The notes under the pieces were generated by a model. That model was not told where the DNA came from, made no database searches, and worked only from the letters and a program-made list of their open reading frames with translations. From assembly GCA_964236955.1 (NCBI GenBank), contig CAXSGP010000015.1, positions 1-49,982 of the forward strand: a stretch of DNA of 49,982 nucleotides. Direction: 5' to 3'. Shown piece by piece: positions 45,401 to 49,982 of the stretch. Position 1 is the stretch's first letter. Each line of letters begins with the position of its first letter. The stretch is from an uncultured Oligoflexus sp. (GTDB taxonomy: Bacteria > Bdellovibrionota_B > Oligoflexia > Oligoflexales > Oligoflexaceae). The position numbers were made by a program, and so were the translations under genes.

Positions 45401-46535
45401 AACGCAGAGCCCTCATTTGATAGATATTGATGAGGCCCGACAGACTCAGACTGACCACCAGATAGAAACCGAGGGTCATCGCCATGATCTCTACCGCCTG
45501 ACCGCTGACATTGAGACTGGTTCCTGCAAACAGCAGGACCAATTCGGGAAAGGCGATCGCGGCGGCGAGTGAGGAGTTTTTGATGAGGTTGAGATACTGT
45601 GAGGTCAAGGGTGGAATAATATGTCCCATAGCCTGAGGAAAGAGAATCTGACTGAGGACCTGCCGGGGCTTTAAACCAAGGGCTAAAGCCGCTTCCGTTT
45701 GATGCTTCGATACCGCCTGCAAGGCTCCTCGAATAATCTCAGCTATAAAAGAAGCTGTGTAAAGACTCAATGCGGCGATGGCGGCGATGAGTTCGGGGAT
45801 GATTTGGGCACCCCCACTATAATTAAAGCCTTCAAGGTAGGGGATGGTGAAATTTACGCGTGATTTAAGATAAATCAAAGCGATCAGTGGGAAAAGCACA
45901 GGCGCCAGAAAAGGCGCGAGATGCCAGCTGGGATGCTGTCCGGTCTTAAGGCGAATGCGTTGGGCTGAACGGCGGACGAAATGTCCGACGATGAGACCTA
46001 AGATCAACGCTCCCAGAACGATCCAGACTGGACCGGTCTCCGCAGGGAAGGGCAAGTAAAGGCCCCGGATATTCAGGAATACAAATTTCCCGAAATGCCA
46101 GCTTTCAAGCGGCATGGGCAGTTGCCTGAGAACGGCGAAGTACCAGACAAAAAATTGCAGGAGCAAGGGAATGTTGCGGAGTGTCTCGACATAGGTGAAT
46201 CCCAGAGCCCTCAGTACCGGCAGTGGGCTCATCCGGGCCAGCGCAACCAATAGACCGATGATGCTGGCAAAGATGATACTGATGATCGAAACAAACAAAG
46301 TATTGACCGCACCGACCAAAAACACCGTACCGAGAGTTGAGCCTTCTGAAAAGGGAATCAGGTGAAAGGCAATGCCAAATCCCGCCTGATTATTTAAAAA
46401 ATCAAAACCGGAACCGATGCCGCGCGCTTTCAGCTGGGTACTGAGATTGTGTCCCGCGAAAGTAAAAAAAACCAGTAAAACAGCAAAAAACAAGCCTTGA
46501 ATGAGCCACGCTTTCTTCGCCGAAGATTTTTCCAT
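45387..46535 (-). CDS. aapQ: Amino acid ABC transporter permease
   Basis: GFDFLNNQAGF, RNIPLLLQ, FIAEIIRG, PPLTSQYLNLIKNSSLA. Confidence 0.88.
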   Translation of the reverse strand: MEKSSAKKAWLIQGLFFAVLLVFFTFAGHNLSTQLKARGIGSGFDFLNNQAGFGIAFHLIPFSEGSTLGTVFLVGAVNTLFVSIISIIFASIIGLLVALARMSPLPVLRALGFTYVETLRNIPLLLQFFVWYFAVLRQLPMPLESWHFGKFVFLNIRGLYLPFPAETGPVWIVLGALILGLIVGHFVRRSAQRIRLKTGQHPSWHLAPFLAPVLFPLIALIYLKSRVNFTIPYLEGFNYSGGAQIIPELIAAIAALSLYTASFIAEIIRGALQAVSKHQTEAALALGLKPRQVLSQILFPQAMGHIIPPLTSQYLNLIKNSSLAAAIAFPELVLLFAGTSLNVSGQAVEIMAMTLGFYLVVSLSLSGLINIYQMRALRYERR

Positions 46536-46559
46536 AGACTGCTTAACCTCGAATTAAAA

Positions 46560-47576
46560 TCAACGGAACGGCATCGCGTAATGAAGTCCACCCTTCGTCC
46601 ATAGCGAATTTACGCCACGTTCGATCTTGAGCGGAGAACCCTGCCCGAGGTTTCTCTCAAAAACTTCCCCATAGTTGCCCACTTGTGACAGGATGCGTCT
46701 GGCAAAATCGGGCTCAAGCCCGAGATTTTTACCAAGCTCCCCTTCAAGCCCAAGGATGCGTCTAACGGCCGGCTTTTCGCTTTTAAGCGCCAGCTCCATC
46801 GTCTGCATGCCCACATCCAGCTCCTCACCCTCGATCAGGGTATAGAGCGTCCACCGCACGATATCCCCAAATTTATCATCACCATGACGGACGGCCGGCC
46901 CCAGCGGTTCTTTGGAAATCTTCTCGGGCAGGACCACATGATCTTCGGGATGTTTCAGTTTGGTGCGATCGGCGTAAAGCCCGGACTGATCGCTGCTCAT
47001 GGCATCACAACGGCCCGCATCATAGGCGGCAACGACCTCGTCGTTTTTCTCAAAGGTCACCAGTTTATATTTCACCTTGTTCGCACGAAAAAAATCGGCG
47101 ACGTTGAGTTCCGTCGTGGTCCCGAGGTTGACACAGATACTGGCGTTGATGAGTTGGGTGGCCGAGGTGACTCCCAGCTTTTTATGAACCATAAAGCCTT
47201 GGCCATCGTAGTAGATGACTCCGGCAAAATTGATGCCCATCGAAGCATCCCTTTGCAGGGTATAGCTGGTATTGCGGGAAAGCACGTCTATTTCACCAGA
47301 CTGCAGCGCGGTAAATCGCTCCTTGGCGGAAAGCGGCGTATACTTAACTTTCCCCTGGTCCCCTAAAATTCCTGCAGCAATGGCTCGGCACAAATCGACA
47401 TCGATTCCAAACCACCGGCCCTCTTTGTCAGCCGTTGAAAAACCCGGCAACCCTTGACTGACACCGCATTTCAGGTAACCACGCCGCTTGATTTCGGCGA
47501 GCGTGTCAGCACGGCTTTCTATGCTCACGCAAAGGGTCAGCAGGACACCGAGACTGAGGCCCAAGACTTTCATCAT
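46560..47576 (-). CDS. aapJ: General L-amino acid ABC transporter substrate-binding protein
   Basis: CGVSQGLPGF, DVDLCRA, RFTALQSGEIDVLSRNT, YDGQGF, ISKEPLGP, VGNYGE; start ATG 47576. Confidence 0.92.
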   Translation of the reverse strand: MMKVLGLSLGVLLTLCVSIESRADTLAEIKRRGYLKCGVSQGLPGFSTADKEGRWFGIDVDLCRAIAAGILGDQGKVKYTPLSAKERFTALQSGEIDVLSRNTSYTLQRDASMGINFAGVIYYDGQGFMVHKKLGVTSATQLINASICVNLGTTTELNVADFFRANKVKYKLVTFEKNDEVVAAYDAGRCDAMSSDQSGLYADRTKLKHPEDHVVLPEKISKEPLGPAVRHGDDKFGDIVRWTLYTLIEGEELDVGMQTMELALKSEKPAVRRILGLEGELGKNLGLEPDFARRILSQVGNYGEVFERNLGQGSPLKIERGVNSLWTKGGLHYAMPFR

Positions 47577-47876
47577 ACTCTCCCCATGCTTATCGCTTTC
47601 GTTGACACCGGGGTATAGCACAAATCAGCCATTGCGCAAAGCTGGGCCATAAAACTTCAGGCTTGATTTCCGTGCTACAGGTGCTCCCTCATGCTATTGT
47701 CCCTTCAGTGTATTGCTCAAGATCGCGAGATAGGCTAAGTTCTAGCATTCCTGCTAAAAGCCTTTGGTTATGGAGGCATGCATTGCCGGTGTTACCCTAC
47801 GCTGAACGATCTCCTGGCGAACGAGAGTGCTTCAGTCGTGAGTCATTCTTTAAAAATACGAGAGGTCGACTTCAAA

Positions 47877-48560
47877 ATGGCAGTATTACGGAACTCGATG
47901 TTTCAAGAGATTCTCTTTCCGACCGACGAAGACGAGTCGCTTGGATCGGAAGGTCAGTTGTTCCTCCAAAAAGTGTTGCGTCATCACCTGGCACCTGACT
48001 CGCTCGTGATGAACTTTCCGATTGTCATCTTCGACTTTGAAACGACGGGCCTTGATTCCCTGCGGGACCGCATCATCGAGATCGGTGCCATCAAATATGA
48101 CAAGGGCCAACGGGTCGGTGATTTATCCTTTTTGATCAAGCCGGAGATTGCCCTCCCCGAGATCATTACTAAGATCACCGGTATCACGCCGGAGATGCTC
48201 GAAGGCAAACCCGCTATCGAAAGCGTGTTACCGGATTTCCTTCAGTTCATCGATAAGGCGGTTCTGGTCGCGCACAATGCCGAGTTCGACCTGGCCTTTC
48301 TTCGCTCGGCCTGTCAGCGCCAAGGCTATCAGATCGATTACCCCTGCTTTTGTACCTTAAAAATGGCCAGACAGCTGCTACCTGAGCTCGAATCAAAAAA
48401 TCTTGATTCTTTGGCCAAGCATTATAATCTCAGCTTCAGCGCGCGCCACCGTTCCATCGGTGACTGTGAGGTGACGGGCGATGTGCTCAAACGCCTTCTG
48501 CAAAAAGAGGGCCTGCATTTGCAGCAGTGGAAACATTTTGAATCGGTACAGGTAGTCTAG
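47877..48560 (+). CDS. DEDDh 3'-5' exonuclease, PolC/DnaQ epsilon-like
   Basis: [31 protein letters not shown]; start likely ATG 47877. Confidence 0.9.
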   Translation: MAVLRNSMFQEILFPTDEDESLGSEGQLFLQKVLRHHLAPDSLVMNFPIVIFDFETTGLDSLRDRIIEIGAIKYDKGQRVGDLSFLIKPEIALPEIITKITGITPEMLEGKPAIESVLPDFLQFIDKAVLVAHNAEFDLAFLRSACQRQGYQIDYPCFCTLKMARQLLPELESKNLDSLAKHYNLSFSARHRSIGDCEVTGDVLKRLLQKEGLHLQQWKHFESVQVV

Positions 48561-48579
48561 GCGTGGGAGTCCTAATTTT

Positions 48580-49982
48580 ATGCGCATCTCTTCAAAAATC
48601 GACAGTAACAGCGATAATTTCAGGATCAATCACGCTTTTCACCTGAACCTGGTGGAAAAGTTTCAGGCCTTTCAAAGCGAAGTGGCCCAGGGCGGTGGCA
48701 AGGCGACACTGGCGAGGCTACGGAAGCAGGGCAAGCTGCCGACCCGGGAGCGCATTCAAAAGCTCATCGATCCCGGGACCGAGTTCCTCGAACTTTCCAC
48801 CGCCGCCGGATACGAACTCTATGAGACCTCCGTTCCGGCCGGCGGTATTGTCACAGGGATAGGCGTGGTGCATGGACGGCCTTGCATGATCGTCGCCAAC
48901 GATGCCTCGGTAAAGGGCGGAACCTATTTTCCCATCACTGTGAAAAAGCATCTGCGCGCGCAGGAAATCGCCGAGCAGAATTATTTGCCCTGTATCTATC
49001 TCGTCGATTCAGGCGGCGCGTTCCTGCCCATGCAGGATGAGGTCTTCCCGGATAAAGATGACTTTGGCCGCATTTTTTTTAATCAGGCCCGCATGAGTTC
49101 CAAAGGCATTCAGCAGATATCCAGCGTGCATGGGTTTTGTACTGCGGGAGGCGCCTATATTCCAGCCATGTCCGATCAAAGCGTGATCGTTCGCGGCACA
49201 GGCACCATTTTTCTGGCTGGACCGCCGCTCGTCAAAGCCGCAACCGGCGAAGAGGTTACCGCCGAAGAACTCGGTGGAGCCAAGGTCCACACCTCGATTT
49301 CCGGAGTGGCTGACCACCTTGCAGAAGATGATGAGCATGCGCTGCAGATCCTCCGTCAGATAATCAAATATCTGGGCCGACCGTCGGAAGCTCCGATCCG
49401 ACTCGAAAATCCCGAGCAACCCGATTACGACCCTGAGGAACTGCTCGGTGTGATTCCAGCGGAGTCACGCAAGGCCTTTGATATTCGGGAAGTAATAGCC
49501 CGCATCGTCGACGGCTCGAAGCTTTTTGAATTCAAGCCCAATTACGGCACCACTTTGATCTGCGGGTTTGCCCATATCGAAGGTATTCCGCTTGGAATTC
49601 TGGCCAATAATGGTGTGCTCTTTTCCGAAAGCGCGTTAAAGGGCACGCATTTCATTGAGCTTTGCACTCAGGAAAAAATTCCCTTGCTCTTTCTCCAAAA
49701 CATCACGGGCTTCATTGTCGGCAAAAAATACGAGCATGGCGTCATCGCGAAAGATGGCGCCAAGCTCGTCCACGCGGTGGCCAATGCCAAGGTCCCAAAA
49801 CTCACGGTGATCGTCGGCGGCAGTTTCGGCGCCGGCAACTATGGAATGTGCGGCCGGGCCTATGATCCTCGCTTTCTCTTCATGTGGCCCAATGCCAAGA
49901 TCTCCGTTATGGGGGGTGAGCAGGCTGCCGATGTTCTGGCAACTGTAAAGATACATCAGCTCGCAAAGCAGGGGCAGATCCT
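48580..49982 (+). CDS. liuB: Methylcrotonyl-CoA carboxylase beta (carboxyltransferase) subunit, truncated by the window end
   Basis: My translation: MRISSKID...GKLPTRERI...[26 protein letters not shown]...[17 protein letters not shown]...[12 protein letters not shown]; absent from the ORF track because no stop lies in the window. Confidence 0.92.
   Translation, partial: MRISSKIDSNSDNFRINHAFHLNLVEKFQAFQSEVAQGGGKATLARLRKQGKLPTRERIQKLIDPGTEFLELSTAAGYELYETSVPAGGIVTGIGVVHGRPCMIVANDASVKGGTYFPITVKKHLRAQEIAEQNYLPCIYLVDSGGAFLPMQDEVFPDKDDFGRIFFNQARMSSKGIQQISSVHGFCTAGGAYIPAMSDQSVIVRGTGTIFLAGPPLVKAATGEEVTAEELGGAKVHTSISGVADHLAEDDEHALQILRQIIKYLGRPSEAPIRLENPEQPDYDPEELLGVIPAESRKAFDIREVIARIVDGSKLFEFKPNYGTTLICGFAHIEGIPLGILANNGVLFSESALKGTHFIELCTQEKIPLLFLQNITGFIVGKKYEHGVIAKDGAKLVHAVANAKVPKLTVIVGGSFGAGNYGMCGRAYDPRFLFMWPNAKISVMGGEQAADVLATVKIHQLAKQGQI

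Overview
Gene-dense bacterial chromosomal window of about 47 CDSs. I found no rRNA, tRNA, CRISPR array, prophage or intact transposase. The gene content (RomR-like polarity regulator, short RdgC-like protein, ccmF-ccmH cluster, many orphan lipoproteins, PA14 lipoprotein, M2 peptidase) suggests a former delta-proteobacterium, most plausibly Bdellovibrionota/Oligoflexia; this is inference, not a database result. Recognisable genes: slt-type transglycosylase, purple-acid-phosphatase-like enzyme, two DEDDh exonucleases, GAF/HD-GYP, aat, rpsU, TldD-like protease, ccmF/ccmH, mtaB, birA-coaX fusion, nadC, efp, panP, copZ, ACE-like peptidase, RhtA-like exporter, aapJQMP, and a methylcrotonyl-CoA carboxylase beta subunit that runs off the 3' end and is missing from the ORF track. 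The most notable observations are: (1) six sigma28/FliA-like promoters, each about 20-50 nt upstream of non-flagellar lipoprotein, peptidoglycan-hydrolase or orphan genes; (2) a DedA/VTT-alpha/beta-hydrolase fusion divergent from an NlpC/P60 protein carrying a twin CxxCxxC insertion; (3) a densely self-complementary ~185-nt non-coding segment after rpsU; (4) a CcmI/CycH apparently split into separate genes, plus two extra coupled ccm-operon genes; (5) tandem repeat-rich lipoprotein paralogues sharing a post-lipobox CGxAxFTG motif behind a sigma54-type promoter. Many start codons were moved from the ORF track using RBS and homology evidence. Family assignments come from motif recognition by eye.
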